Made by a program: the position numbers and the translations under genes. The notes beneath the pieces are model-generated. The model made no database searches. It was not told the origin of the DNA and saw nothing but the letters and a program-made list of their open reading frames with translations. DNA of 64,000 nucleotides from Octopus sinensis (taxonomy: Eukaryota), in assembly GCF_006345805.1 (NCBI RefSeq), contig NC_043021.1:6324001-6388000 (forward strand), in the 5' to 3' direction. Every line of letters begins with the position of its first letter. Position 1 is the stretch's first letter. This document shows, one piece after another, positions 1 through 12,746 of the stretch.

Positions 1-855
1 CTAGCTAAAACCAAAGTCGTAATCAGTAGGAAGGTAGACAAATCACAAACACCTTCAGGTAGATGGCTCTGCTCGATCTGTAGAAAAGGTGTAGGTAGAA
101 ACTCTATAAGATGCACCAAGTGTAAGCTATGGACACATAAGAGATGCAGCAATGTCAAAGGAAGGCTAACTAGGAAGATGGTTTTTGTATGTGGCAGATG
201 CTCAGGAACAATAAACACTGAAAATGCTCTGAGACCAACTTCCGTCACTTTCCAGGGAGAAAAACTAGAAATAGTTGATAGTTTCCGTTACCTAGGTGAC
301 CAAGTCAGCAGCGGGGGCGGGTGTGCTGAAAGTGTAACTGCTAGAGTAAGAATAGCTTGGGCAAAGTTCAGAGAGCTCTTACCTCTACTGGTGACAAAAG
401 GCCTCTCGCACAGAGTGAAAGGCAGACTGTATGATGCGTGTGTACGAACAGCCATGCTACATGGCAGTGAAACATGGGCCGTGACTGCTGAGGATATGCG
501 TAAGCTCGCTAGAAATGAAGCCAGTATGCTCCGATGGATGTGTAATGCCGGTACTCACACTCGGCAGAGTGTAAGTACCTTGAGAGAAAAGCTGGACCTA
601 AGAAGCATCAGTTGTGGTGTGCAAGAGAGACGTTTGCGCTGGTATGGTCATGTGGCGAGAATGGATGAAGATAGTTGTTTGAAAAAGTGCCACACCCTAG
701 CGGTTGAGGGAACCTGTGGAAGAGGCAGACCCAGGAAAACCTGGGACGAGGTGGTGAAGCACGACCTTCGAACTTTAGGTCTCACTGAGGAAATGACTAG
801 AGACCGAGACCTCTGGAAGTGTGCTGTGCGCGAGAAGACCCGGCAGGACAAGTGA
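1..855 (+). CDS. C-terminal part of an RTE-clade LINE ORF2 (RT C-terminus with an inserted PHD-like Cys/His finger); open from the window edge
   Basis: Frame 1 is open from base 1: LAKTKVVIS...CSICRKGVGRNSIRCTKCKLWTHKRCS...VCGRC, then LEIVDSFRYLG, AMLHGSETW, RRLRWYGHVARM and GRGRPRKTW, all typical RTE ORF2 motifs. Stop at 853-855. Confidence 0.9.
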   Translation, partial: LAKTKVVISRKVDKSQTPSGRWLCSICRKGVGRNSIRCTKCKLWTHKRCSNVKGRLTRKMVFVCGRCSGTINTENALRPTSVTFQGEKLEIVDSFRYLGDQVSSGGGCAESVTARVRIAWAKFRELLPLLVTKGLSHRVKGRLYDACVRTAMLHGSETWAVTAEDMRKLARNEASMLRWMCNAGTHTRQSVSTLREKLDLRSISCGVQERRLRWYGHVARMDEDSCLKKCHTLAVEGTCGRGRPRKTWDEVVKHDLRTLGLTEEMTRDRDLWKCAVREKTRQDK

Positions 856-1457
856 GTCCATAACCCGTGGCCTTCTACATGGGATGGAGCCAGCCTACGT
901 ATGCATACCTCCCTTCTTGGGACACAAAACTCTACTTGTGAAGACGTGATGAGGCAAGTGAGGATCAGAATCGAAATCGATCAATGGAAATTGCGGATGT
1001 GCTACCAGTGCCGGTGGCATGTCAAAACTCTGCTTGTGAAGACCCGTTGAGGCAAGTGACGATCAGAATCGAAATCGATCAATGGAAATTGCAGATGTGT
1101 TACCAGTGCCGGTGGCATGTAAGAGAACTTTCCGTTTCGCGACCGTTGCCAGCACCGCCCCGTTTCGTGTCCGTTGCCAGCCTCGCCTGGCCCTCGTGCC
1201 GGTGGCACATAAAAAGCACCATCCGTTCGTGGCCGTTTGCCAGCTCTGTCTGGCACCAGTGCGGGTGGCACGTAAAAAGCACCCACTACACTCACGGAGT
1301 GGTTGGCGTTAGGAAGGGCATCCAGCCGTAGAAACACTGCCAGATTTGACTGGGCCTGATGAAGCCTTCTGGCTTCACAGACCCCAGTAGAACCGTCCAA
1401 CCCATGCTAGCATGGAAAACGGACGCTAAACGATGATGATGATGATGATGATGATGA
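1..1457 (+). mobile_element. RTE LINE 3' portion: ORF2 end, 3' UTR with internal repeats, and (GAT)n tail; lies in ELP4 intron 1
   Basis: ORF2 is followed by a ~600 bp UTR ending in (gat)n at ~1432-1457. The same UTR recurs 5'-truncated at ~3000-3230, 21170-21410, 28260-28460, 42100-42630 and 58990-59350. Confidence 0.85.
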
Positions 1458-1474
1458 TTGACAAACTTGTTTAA

Positions 1475-1695
1475 CCCTTTAGTGTTTAAACCGGCCACAT
1501 CCGGCCTAATATATTATACATGTTTTATATTCAAACTGGCGATATCCAGCCTCTCACACCTAACCTACAGTGACATTCTAAAAATAAACATTCACATCAT
1601 TGAAACCTCAAAGCTATAAGATAATGCATGATTAATTCAAAACAATTTGAGTGAAAAAGTATTACATTTAACAGAATAATCTGAACACGAAAGGG
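1475..1695. mobile_element. piggyBac-type MITE
   Basis: ttaa|ccctttagtgtt...aacacgaaaggg|ttaa: CCC...GGG imperfect TIRs with TTAA on both sides. Confidence 0.65.
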
Positions 1696-1970
1696 TTAAC
1701 CCTCCAGCTTTCAGATTTCTCTGTCAAATGTAATGCTTATTTATTCCCATTGATATAAATTAGTCATTCATTATTTTATAGCTTTGAGATTTCAATGACA
1801 CAACTGTATATTTTTAGAATTATTGTAGGGTAAGTGTGAGAGGCCAGATTTGGCCAGTTTGAATACTTTGGCTGGATATGGCTGGTTTAAAAGGACCCAC
1901 AGTTGTACAGGCCAAAACATAGGTCCATAGTTGTCCCTTGCCTACAAAAATCAAACTGTTCTTTCTTTAA

Positions 1971-2191
1971 CCCTTTCGTTACCAACCCGGCTGAAACCAC
2001 CTCTGGCTCTGAGTACAAATGTCTTGTTTTTATAAGTTGTGAATCAAAATCTTCCACCAAACCTAAGTCACAATTTATGTTCCTAACACTAGCTGAATGA
2101 TAACTAAGTTATTTTACTAAATTCTTTGTTATATTTTAAAGTAATTGAGAGAAACACAGATTTTCTCAAAATAAATACGGTAACGAAAGGG
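1971..2191. mobile_element. piggyBac-type MITE
   Basis: ttaa|ccctttcgttacc...ggtaacgaaaggg|ttaa: perfect 13-bp TIR and TTAA target duplication. Confidence 0.8.
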
Positions 2192-2771
2192 TTAAACATG
2201 TAAATTAACTCAAGAAATTTAGGGAAGTGTAGCCCTGGATAAACACTTTGAATTTTTGAAAAAATGATACAGTTATATCAAGAATGATTTTGATCATAAG
2301 TCTACTTGATAATAGCTTACCTGGGATTAAACAACAACTGTAACCACTAATACTGACTACTATAGTAAACATGTGATAAGGTAATCCTAGATACATTATG
2401 CCTGATAAGATCACAGCTTGAACAGCTTTGATCATAGATCTACCGGATCAGGACTGACCTATGACTGAACAACAACAACAGCAATACAGCCACTAACACT
2501 ATTATAAATACTGACTATTTTGGTCACTAATACTTTTATACTGTTCCTTAGCTAATTTAGACACTGGTAGACTCTCTATGAATAACAAAACAGGGTGTTT
2601 GCAGCTGGACCCTTTAATCATAGATTTAATTAAACAGGGCCAACAACAACAATAACCAAGGTATTATAACTAAGCCCTGGCCCTTTGAAAAGACCCCCAT
2701 GTTTTAGAGACCTTTTCAGTTGCGACTACATTAGAGTTTTATATTAATAGCGGTAACTCTTCTCTTTGCAG

Positions 2772-2807
2772 GTGGCGGCATTGCTGTTGGTTCCTTGGTA
2801 TTGATTG
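2772..2807 (+). CDS. ELP4: Elongator complex protein 4, first exon in the window (GGGIAVGSLVLI-E)
   Basis: tttgcag acceptor, gtaaat donor, 36 nt, phase 1/1. Matches the ELP4 GGGLAVGTVLLIEED motif. Confidence 0.9.
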
Positions 2808-3544
2808 GTAAATATATCTCTTGTTATTTCTTGTCTTGCATGATGTTGATACGAGGACTAAAACTGAGCCGTTAGTAGTGAGGACTGAAGCAGACCCAAG
2901 GGTTGACTAGTCTTAACTTGATATGTGCAATGTAGAAGTTGAACTTTGCTACTAGCTACCTCCCCTTCTCCCTAGAGTCACTCATTTCGAAAATCCATCA
3001 CCATCTGATTGTGGCCGTTTGCCAGCCTCGTCTGGCACCTGTACAGGTGGCACGTAAAAAGCACCCACTACACTCACGGAGTGGTTAGCGTTAGGAAGTG
3101 CATCCAGCTGTAGAAACACTGCCAGATCAGAGTGGGCCTGGCGCAGCCTTCTGGCTTCCCAGACCCCAGTTGAACCGTCCAACCCATGCTAGCATGGAAA
3201 ACGGACGTTAAACGATGATGATGATGATGATTCTCAATGTCATTCTTTCCCACTTTGTTTTCCATTGATCACCATTTACTGTGCTTCCAGTTACATCTCT
3301 CCCTCTCCTCTGAGCTACATCTTAGAACTGCCACACTTCATCTTTAACACGTCTCTTATCTGCAACAATTCTCATCACTGTCACATATCTGCCACTAATG
3401 CCCCCCCTCCCCACCTTTGTCTCCACTCACTTCAGCCACCCCTGCATACATCTGACATCCATCTCTGTCACTGTACATCTCTCTTTCACTCAGCTCCTTC
3501 TCTTACTCTGTGCATCATTTTAGAGGAATTGGTATGCTAGTTTG

Positions 3545-3778
3545 CAAGGCGGTGAGCTGGCAGAAACATTAGCACGCCGGGCAAAATGTTAAGCGGTATT
3601 TCGTCTGCGGCTATGTTCTGAGTTCAAATTCCACCGAGGTCTACTTTGCCTTTCATCCTTTCGGGGTCGATTAAATAAGTACCAGTTACTCACTGGGGTC
3701 GATTACATCAACTTAATCCGTATGTCTGTCTTTGTTTGTCCCTTCTGTGTTTAGCCCCTTGTGGGTAGTAAAGAAATA
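3545..3778 (+). mobile_element. tRNA-derived SINE family B (head ggcggcgagctggcagaa); other copies at ~8029-8262, 12885-13096, 16830-17035(-), 36180-36390(-) and 60990-61218
   Basis: B-box-like gagttcaaattcc and conserved gcctttcatcctttcggggtcgat core; 14-bp TSD ggtatgctagtttg at 3531-3544 and 3779-3792. Confidence 0.85.
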
Positions 3779-3906
3779 GGTATGCTAGTTTGTCCAATAA
3801 CAGACAACAGAATTGATGTGTAACAGTAAGCATATTGTTGAAAGACTAAATATGATTGTATTAGGATGACATGTCAGTTTTATATTTTTAATTTTCTGTC
3901 TTATAG

Positions 3907-4028
3907 AAGAAGATACTTTTGGTCACTATGGTCAACTGTTACTGAAATATTTCCTGTCTGAAGCGGTAATGACCGGTCAGTCCATACTACTTGCTGGAAC
4001 AGAGGGCCATCCACAGAGTGTACTTAAG
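3907..4028 (+). CDS. ELP4: ELP4 exon (EEDTFGHYGQLLLKYFLSEAVMTGQSILLAGTEGHPQSVLK)
   Basis: ttatag acceptor, gtatgt donor, 122 nt, frame-compatible with both neighbours; LLKYFL.E motif. Confidence 0.93.
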
Positions 4029-4229
4029 GTATGTCTCTTGGTGTGTCTGTCTCTCTTTGTGTGTGCGTGTGTGTGTGTGTTTTGAGATTTCACTTCAGCA
4101 TTGCAATACTAACAACCAGGTGTAGAACTCAATGTCTGTATGCTTCTGAGTGAAGCATTAGATGAGTATAGAGTGGTAATAAGAGAATGAGATGACAAAG
4201 GAATTACCAATTATCCTATGAACTTCATT

Positions 4230-4310
4230 AGCTTACAGCTGTTTCCACTATAAGGTGTGGTGGCCTCATAGTTGAGTACCTGAGTAACACCTTATAGTTT
4301 CATCAGAGCA
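4230..4310 (-). ncRNA. Type-I hammerhead-ribozyme-like motif in a Penelope-like repeat; degenerate copy at ~22058-22140 (+)
   Basis: Minus strand reads gct-CTGATGA-a-actataaggtgt...acaccttatagt-g-GAAAC-agct-GTA-agc, with a 12-bp stem II and a palindromic stem III. Confidence 0.6.
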
Positions 4311-4618
4311 TCAAACATGAAGTGCAATTTATTTGGGAAAACAAAAACATTTAAGTATACATACAAGAAGGCAATTACCAGTTCCTAAGATTATTATCCA
4401 TTATTCCTTTGTCATCTCTTTTCTTGCATATATATATATATATATATATATATTTCAAGGGTTGAAAAGAAAGAACAACAAAGAAAAAAATTAGATGAAA
4501 ACACACCAAACAGAAAATGAAACGGAAACATAAATGGAAAATTTGCAGCTGATTTCCTTGTTATTCAATGTTCAAGACATCTTAGTGGTTTTGTGCTTTT
4601 AACATTGAGACTACATAT

Positions 4619-4655
<37 letters not shown>

Positions 4656-4854
4656 CATATATATGACAGGCTTCTTTCAGTTTCCGTCTACCAAATCTAC
4701 TCACAAGGCATTGGTTGGCCCGGGGCTATAGCAGAAGACACACAGTGGGACTGAACCCAGAACCATGTGGTTGGTAAGCAAGCTACTTACCACACAGCCA
4801 CATTGCTTATATTTACCAAATTTTAATGAGGGGAATTTTTCTCTTATTTTGTAG

Positions 4855-4962
4855 GAACTACCGAAACCTATTGTTGATGATGTCACCCCGGTACAGTCAA
4901 ACATGATGCAGACAGATGAAATGAAGATAGCTTGGCGTTACCAACATCTTAATAAATACCAG
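4855..4962 (+). CDS. ELP4: ELP4 exon (ELPKPIVDDVTPVQSNMMQTDEMKIAWRYQHLNKYQ)
   Basis: ttttgtag acceptor, gtgggt donor, 108 nt; contains the diagnostic MKIAWRY motif. Confidence 0.95.
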
Positions 4963-5019
4963 GTGGGTCTGCGCAGCCCTGAGTGTATACAGGGCAATAT
5001 ATAATATAGTACTGCATGT

Positions 5020-5580
5020 AGTGGCACATGGCTTAGTGGTTAGAGCACTGGGCTCACGATCATAAGATAGGGAGTTCAATGCCCAGGCTAGTTGTGTATT
5101 GTGTTCTTGAGCAAGACACTTTATTTTCACGTTGCTCCAGTTCACTCAGCTGTGAAAATGAGTTGCAACATCACTGGTGCCAAGCTGTATCAGCCCCTTT
5201 GCCTTTCCTTTGGATAACATCGGTGGCGTGGAGAGGGGAGGCTTCTATGCATGGGTGACTGCTGGTCTTCCATAAGGGGAGGGGCTTTCTCCATCCAGGT
5301 TGCGGATCCGTGGAATAAGCTGCCCGACGAGATAGTGAAGATTCCGAGGACTGCTCGGTTCAAAGTCTCTCTTGACCAGAAATGGCCTGAACTCTTTGCA
5401 TGAACACCCTCCCTGTACATAACTCCATGTCCCCCTACATGGCCTTGCTTTTCGCTTTTTGAGCCAAAAAAATTAACTTAACTTAACTTAACATAAGCAA
5501 CCTTTCCTGGATTTGTGCCTCAGAGGGTAACTTTCTAGGTGCAATCCCAGAGTCATTCATGACCAAAGGGGGGTCTTTAC
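5020..5580 (+). mobile_element. tRNA-derived SINE family D, interrupted by a nested LINE fragment; another copy at ~50329-50635
   Basis: A box tggcttagtggttagagc, B-box-like gagttcaatgccc, and core gtgttcttgagcaagacactttat. Confidence 0.7.
5277..5491 (+). mobile_element. 5'-truncated CR1/L2-like LINE 3' end nested in the SINE
   Basis: Encodes AFSIQVADPWNKLPDEIVKIPRTARFKVSLDQKWPELFA* (WN.LP...FK..LD motif); (ttaac)n tail; cataag duplicated at 5271-5276 and 5492-5497. Confidence 0.75.
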
Positions 5581-6052
5581 TCTATTGTGTGTGTGGTGAG
5601 GATTATGACTGTAAGGGCAAGGAAGTATGGTAGTGTATATAAATTGAGTGAATCTGATGACATCTTCAAAAATTATATATAAAAAATGAAGCAGCACTGT
5701 ATTTTTTCCCAACCAACGTGAGTGATAATACTCAAAATGTTAATTAACCTACTACATAAATGTTTAAAATGTAATTAATTAGTTATTGTCATATGTCAAC
5801 TCAGACAAGTGTGTGGGAAACTTTGAGCTGATGGATGCATTTGATGTGAAATAATTTGAAGGTTAATTTTCATGACAGGCTTGGAATATCTGTCCTTTGT
5901 TTGTATGGAGATAAGAAAAGGTTTTGTTCAAAACGAGAGAGTTGTAAACAGTCGATCAAAAGAAACAAAGGATGTTAGAAGGATTATTTTGTCCTTGTTA
6001 TTCACACAGATACTTGGTTGTTCAGGTGTCTATGTAGCAGGACTCACCACAT

Positions 6053-6312
6053 CAGTGGTTCTCAACCATTTTTTGCCTATGGTTCCCTTTGATTTCTATT
6101 TTACTCTACTGGACCTCCAGAGCAATTCGATGTATATTAAAAAATATCCTACTGTATTTTTATAATTAAATATTATTAGGAATGGCCATAAAAAAAAAAA
6201 TTTGATATTTTGTGTATTGTAGAAGTTTAAGCAATTTATTGCAGATAAATTTTAACTAAAAAATAGTATAGGGACCTCTAAGGGCTAAATGGATCCTGAT
6301 TAAGAACCACTA
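6053..6312. mobile_element. hAT-like MITE relic
   Basis: Imperfect TIRs cagtggttctcaacc...gattaagaaccacta. Confidence 0.5.
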
Positions 6313-6419
6313 CACTCCATCTCCTTACCTTTCAACAAGTTTCAGATTTGGAGTCAAAGGTGTCCTGATACACACAAGTATGTATGTGTGTGTGGGGGAA
6401 TCTGAGTCTGTGTGCCTGT

Positions 6420-6461
<42 letters not shown>

Positions 6462-7287
6462 CAATATATGAATGTGTCTGTGTGTGTGTCTGCATGTATA
6501 TATTTGGAAGAATAGGAAACAAATGAGTCCAATGATATTCCAGGAATTTTATTTGTTCTCTTTGACAGCCATTTCAAAACCCCACTTGAAAGTAGTGTCA
6601 ATTCTATAATAAGCACTTAATTAATTGTAATTATTAAATCAATTCAGTAATAAGTGACATGGCAGTCATTTCATCAGAAAGATTTTTGAAAAATGTAGGC
6701 ACAGTCAAGACTGTGGTATGTGCAGGCGTGGGTGTGTGGTTAAGAAGTTTGCTTCCACCAACTGCATCAGTTCAGGTTCAATCCTACTGTGTGGCACCTG
6801 GGGCAAGTGTCTTCTTCTATAATCCTGACTTGCGAGTGGGTTTGGTAGACGGAAACTGAAAGAAACCCATCATGTGTGTGTGTGTACGCAGACACACTTA
6901 TAAAGCACTCAGCTTACTCCGTAAAGTGGTTGGTACCAGGAAGGGCATCCAGCCGTAGAAACCAAGCCAAATCAGACTGGGACCTAGTGCAGCTCTCCAG
7001 CTTGCCAGCTTTGGTCAAACCATCCAACCCGTGCTAACATGTATGGCAATCTTTATATCCTACTCAATGTAGATATATTATTAGAACATTGTATACTGCA
7101 ATACCCACCTTGAGAGATACTCTCATATAGATGAACATTGCAAAGAACACAGACATTTTTCGTAGCAGAAAAATGGGGCGCCGGAACTGCCAGATCATGT
7201 AATTTCAGTATACTGTACATTCTCTGTGGCTGGCATTCCAATTCTTCACATCAGCTAAATTTCACTGTCATTGATATATAAAATAAT

Positions 7288-7708
7288 ACTCTCTCTTTAC
7301 TCTTTTACTCTTTTACTTGTTTCAGTCATTTGACTGCGGCCATGCTGGAGCACCGCCTTTAGTCGAGCAAATCGACCCCAGGACTTATTCTTTTGTAAGC
7401 CCAAGTACTTATTCTATCGGTCTCTTTTGCCGAACCGCTAAGTGACGGGGACGTAAACACACCAGCATCGGTTGTCAAGCAATGCTAGGGGGACAAACAC
7501 AGACACACAAACATATACACACACATATATATATATACATATATACGACAGGCTTCTTTCAGTTTCTGTCTACCAAATCCACTCACAAGGCATTGGTCGG
7601 CCCGGGGCTATAGCAGAAGGCACTTGCCCAAGATGCCACGCAGTGGGACTGAACCCGGAACCATGTGGTTGGTTAGCAAGCTACTTACCACACAGCCACT
7701 CCTGCGCC
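7288..7708 (-). mobile_element. tRNA-derived SINE family A (head aggagtggctgtgtggtaagtagcttg, (AAAAGAGT)n tail); many copies, e.g. ~9552-9942, 11612-12017, 16158-16535(+), 24750-25137, 25698-26112, 26657-27071, 41066-41720(+), 43430-43998, 51667-51970, 56655-56912
   Basis: Near-identical ~400-bp dispersed repeat with A/B-box-like head (ggttccgggttcagtccc), an internal (AT)/(AC) microsatellite and a short tandem tail. Confidence 0.9.
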
Positions 7709-9000
7709 TATGGTAACTTTTTAGTCATTGATGTCAAAGGTAGCTAGCAAACTTATTAAAAACCATATCAGACATTTCTTGTCTGCTATGATATACGTCT
7801 GTGCTCTTAGCACTGTGTATGTCTGTATAAGAGGCCTCTCAGGGCAAGTTCTGCAGTATTGAATGTTCCAATAATACATCAATGTTTAGTTAGATATAAA
7901 GATTGCCATTTGACATTAATACTGCTTTTACTACTAATATTTATTTTTTAATAAGCCTGCTGGCTACTTGTGTCATCATTAACTGACAGGCCACAGTCAG
8001 TCTATATATTGTTGGCAGTATATATTTAAGGCGGCGAGCTGGCAGAAACGGTAGCACGCCAGGTGAAATGCATAGCCGTATTTCGTCTGCTGTTACGTTC
8101 TGAGTTCAAATTCTGCCGAGGTCGACTTTGCCTTTCATCCTTTCGGGGTCGATAAATTAAGTACCAGTTAAGTACCACTGGGGTCGATGGAATCGACTTA
8201 ATGCCTTTGTCTGTCCTTGTTTGTCCCCTCTGTGTTTAGCCCCTTGTGGGTAGTAAAGAAATATATATATTGTTGGCAGTGGGATTCAGCTGATATGCAA
8301 GGCTGGTTGCCTGCAACTGAGGAAGTGCAGTACAGTGAAACAGGTGAGGGTTGGTGACAGGAAGGGTGCCTAGCCATATAAAATCTTTCTCAATAAACTC
8401 TGTCAAACCTACTCAAACATGGGGAAAAAAAAGCGGATGTCAAATGATGATGATGATGATGAAAATCAAATCAACATTGCTGCTATAAACATAATGTAGA
8501 ACTAGGATATAAAAAGAAAATAAGTGTTATAAAAAATGTGTTCAGTAAGAATTTACACAAACAATAAAAAAAATATTGTAATAAAATGCAGTTAAGTTGG
8601 TTTCAGTGGAAAATATTTAGAGGAAAATGTTTTCAGTGAGAAGGAAAGGGAAAAAATGGAGAGTGTGGGTGGAAAGGCAAAAGTTAAGCTAATGGGAAAG
8701 CAAGATATGTCATCTAAATATTTAGTTGCAAAGTAAACTAATTATTGAATGTGCATACCTCTGTGGTTAGAGCCATTGGGCTTACAATCATGAGGTCGTG
8801 AGATCAATCCATAGACACCATTCTAAGGCAGACACTGAAGCTCAGTGCATTCCTTGGAACGCATTTCAGATCTGGTCAAACCATCCAACCCATGCCCACG
8901 TGGAACATGGACATTTGATGATGATGATGTTGTATATGTGTTGAGTGCCATTTTCTTTTGTTTGTTGTCTCACTCATATAACTATATAAATATCTATCTA

Positions 9001-9035
<35 letters not shown>

Positions 9036-9037
9036 GC

Positions 9038-9069
<32 letters not shown>

Positions 9070-9071
9070 AT

Positions 9072-9111
<40 letters not shown>

Positions 9112-10652
9112 CGTAAGTTGATGAACAAGAAGAATCTGTTTCTCCATTTTCTTATTTGTATTATGAATTTACTGTAAAAATATTTTTTACCTCCACCCAT
9201 TTAATACAATAAATGAATTAATTGCATTGCAATTAAAAGCATTTATGTATTAAGAATCTGGGTACTTTACCAACAGTATATTGGATAACTGATATCCCAT
9301 AGTGGGTTACACCATAACCCCTATCTCACTTTGTACTATATATATATATCAACATCATCATCATCATTTAATGTCCTGGAAAAAATCTTGCCCAAGTTGT
9401 ACTTTGGTATGGAACTTCCTGGATGCAGATCCATGGACTTATGAGAGAGACAGGGGCTCCAGATTAGAAGCCAAAGCTTCATGGATTATAATTCGGGGGG
9501 GTTTTCTTTGCTGATTATGCAAACAATTGTAGAAGAGAAGCAGTGTGGTATTACTCTTTTACTTGTTTCAGTCATTTGACCGCGGCCATGCTGGAGCACT
9601 GCCTTTAGTCAAGCAAATCGACCCCAGGACTTATTCTTTATAAGCCTAGTACTTATTCTATTGGTCTCTTTTGCCGAACCGCTAAGTTACGGGGACGTAA
9701 ACACACCAGCATCGGTTGTCAAGCGATGTTGGGGGGACAAACACAGACACACAAACAGACATATATATACATATACATATATACGACAGGCTTCTTTCAG
9801 TTTCCATCTACCAAATCCACTCACAAGGCTTTGGTCGGTCCGAGGCTATAGTAGAAGACACTTGCCCAAGGTGCCATGCAGTGGGACTGAACCTGGACCC
9901 ATGTGGTTGGTAAGCAAGCTACTTACCACACAGCCGCTCCTAAACACGTTGAAATAGTGATAGTCATCAAAATTTGTATTGTTTGAGTCTGTCCTCAAGT
10001 ACTTTCATAGCAATGACACTGCAATAGCCTGCAGGTTCTATCCATCTGTATTTAAAAAAAAATTCTCTGAAAGCTCCAAACTTCAAGACACAAACCGCAA
10101 TGATTTAGCAACATAGACATTAGGTTAGAAATGAACACCAGGAAATAACCATTTTATCATTGTTTGTATAGAGACGATGGCCTAACTATCTTATGTGACA
10201 AGAGAAGACCAAGGGTGGTGAGCTGGCAGAATTGTTAGCATGCTGGGCAAAATGCTGCCCTAGAATTTTGCCCATCTTCATGTTCTATGTTAGAATTCTG
10301 CCAAGGTTGATTTTTGTCTTTCATGTAATTGCTTTGGTCCCTCCTTGTGCCAAAATTTGAAATCATTATGAGAGGACCGAGGTGTGTGGTGCATTGCTGT
10401 ACTCAAGAAGACCCACCCACACAACAGAATTGAGATCATAAAACTGAGGTGCCACATAAAAAGCTTTAGTGTGAGTACCATGTAAAAAGCACCCAGTACA
10501 CATTGTACAGTGGTTGGTGTTAGGAAGGGCATCGGGCCATAGAAACCAAACAAAAACAGAGTACGGAACTTGGTGTGGCCCCCTGGCCCTGCCAGTTCCT
10601 GTCAAGCCACCCAGCTCATGCCAGCATGGAAAATGGATATTAAATTTTGAAG

Positions 10653-10653
<1 letters not shown>

Positions 10654-10689
<36 letters not shown>

Positions 10690-11076
10690 CCATGATCTGT
10701 GTGTCAACTGCAAGATCTGCATCTCTGTATTTGTGATTGTTGTGATGGTTGTGTTGCTGCTGATGGTGGTTGTAATAACAATAATGGTAGTGGCAATGAC
10801 GACGATGATGATGATGATGACGATGATGATGACAATGATGACGATGATGATGATGGCGATGATGATGACGACGATGATGATGATGATGATGATGATGACG
10901 ATGATGATGACAATGATGACGATGGTGATGATGATGATGATGACGACGATGATGATGATGACGACGACGACGACGACGATGATGACGATGATGACGACGA
11001 TGATGATGACGATGATGATGACGACGATGATGACGATGATGATGATGACGACGATGATGATGACGATGATGACGAC

Positions 11077-11109
<33 letters not shown>

Positions 11110-11183
11110 AATGGTGGTGTCAGTGGTGATGGTGGTAATGATGGTGATGATGATGATGATGATGATGGTAGTGATGGTGTTGA

Positions 11184-11215
<32 letters not shown>

Positions 11216-11218
11216 ATC
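10654..11218. repeat. Long (GAT/GAC)n trinucleotide tract, intronic
   Basis: About 560 bp of GAY repeats following a LINE/SINE 3' end; it produces the poly-D/M/I ORFs in the track. Confidence 0.95.
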
Positions 11219-11271
11219 GTTATGTTGCATTTTACATCTGTTTTTGTATTTTTCTTGGTTTCTTCTTCCAG

Positions 11272-11396
11272 TCCAATCCCACAGCCGTCAAGTTTGGACA
11301 TTACTATGACCTCAGCCAATATATGGATGAAGATTTGGTGTCCAGTGCTGATGTAACATTGATCACTTCACAGCAACTCTCTCAGCAACATTTACA
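11272..11396 (+). CDS. ELP4: ELP4 exon (SNPTAVKFGHYYDLSQYMDEDLVSSADVTLITSQQLSQQHL-H)
   Basis: cttccag acceptor and FGHYYDLS motif. The donor ca|gtaaca is weak but gives the phase 2 required by the next exon. Confidence 0.85.
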
Positions 11397-11812
11397 GTAA
11401 CAACAAGATTATTCCCTATTTTCTCTGTTCTTTCATGTTGTTAGGTGTGGGGAAGAGTGATTTATGATAATAAGTTGCATTCATTATTCTGCCCTGTTTC
11501 ATTGTTTCATGTTAGGTATGTGTGTGGGTAGACTGGATCTATAAATTTACAGTAACAACAAAATTCATTATTTGCCTTCTATTCTACTGCTTCGTTTGTG
11601 TGGGTTTGTTGGCTCTCTTTTACTCGTTTCAGTCATTTGACTGCGGCCATGCTGGAGCACCGCCTTTAATCGAGCAACTCGACCCCGGGACCTATTCTTT
11701 TGTAAGCCCAGTACTTATTCTATCGGTCTCTTTTGCCGAACCGCTAAGTAACGGGGACATAAACACACCAGCATCGGTTTGTCAAGCAATGCTAGGGGGA
11801 CAAACACACACA

Positions 11813-11847
<35 letters not shown>

Positions 11848-12603
11848 CATATATATGACGGGCTTCTTTCAGTTTCCGTTTACCAAATCCACTCGCAAGG
11901 CTTTGGTCGGCCCAAGGCTATAGTAGAAGACACTTGCTCAAGGTACCATGCAGTGTGACTGAACCTGGAACCATGTGGTTGGTAAACAAGCTACTTACCA
12001 CACAGCCACTCCTGCGCTCTATAAATTTATGATAACAACCTTGGCAGGGGTTGTGTTTATCTGTGATATTTTGCAGTTGGAAGTTTGTTAAGGCTGTTAG
12101 TGTACCCATAATGTGTGGATTGAAAGACTCAGCAGGGTCTCTACCAAAATACCTCATGGTATTTAGTTGTGTTCGTTTATGTTCTTGAGTTCAAATCTCA
12201 TCCAAGTTGACTTTGTCTTTGCCACTTTCATGCTCATTTGTATAAATTAGAAGCATGGTACTTGTCACTAAGTCCTACTCACTCACAAGTGACAGCTGCC
12301 TCTAGTGAATCTAAAATTACATTATCTACTTTATTTACACACTGTGTATCTAGAACTATTCTATTTAATGAGTTCTTTTGCCTGTCTTTTATTCAAGCAT
12401 AATGTATCTAGGACTACTTTATTAATGTGTCCTTTTACCTATGCTTGTTCAGAACTGACCTTGGGTTAAATAACAATGCAGTAAATTATCTAGTCTGGTT
12501 CCTCATTAACACATTGGTAATTGCTTAATTACAATTTAATTAAAGCAGTTTCCTTCTACTATTTACTCCTAATTTGACTTGTTTATTTTCTGGTATTTTT
12601 CAG

Positions 12604-12746
12604 TGAGGAACCACCAGGTATTGAACCTACAAACCTTGAGATGTCAGCCTGTCTACAGTGTCTTCTCTTGAATATTCAACAACATATCCAAGATGGTCAG
12701 TTTGGTACTCAGGACCAACCTGAGAAGCACAATGTCCTAAGAATAG
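12604..12746 (+). CDS. ELP4: ELP4 exon (EEPPGIEPTNLEMSACLQCLLLNIQQHIQDGQFGTQDQPEKHNVLRI)
   Basis: tttttcag acceptor, gtgact donor, 143 nt. NVLRI corresponds to ELP4 NILRI. Confidence 0.88.

Noticed and set aside
7472-7747. Recurring small 'protein family' (MSSNARGTNTDTQ..., YQIHSQG...)
   Set aside because: These are antisense translations of SINE family A copies.
10366-11400. Long poly-Asp/Met/Ile ORFs, one in frame with an ELP4 exon
   Set aside because: This is a trinucleotide repeat. I saw no in-frame AG acceptor that would splice the poly-Asp onto the exon; only 11272-11396 is coding.
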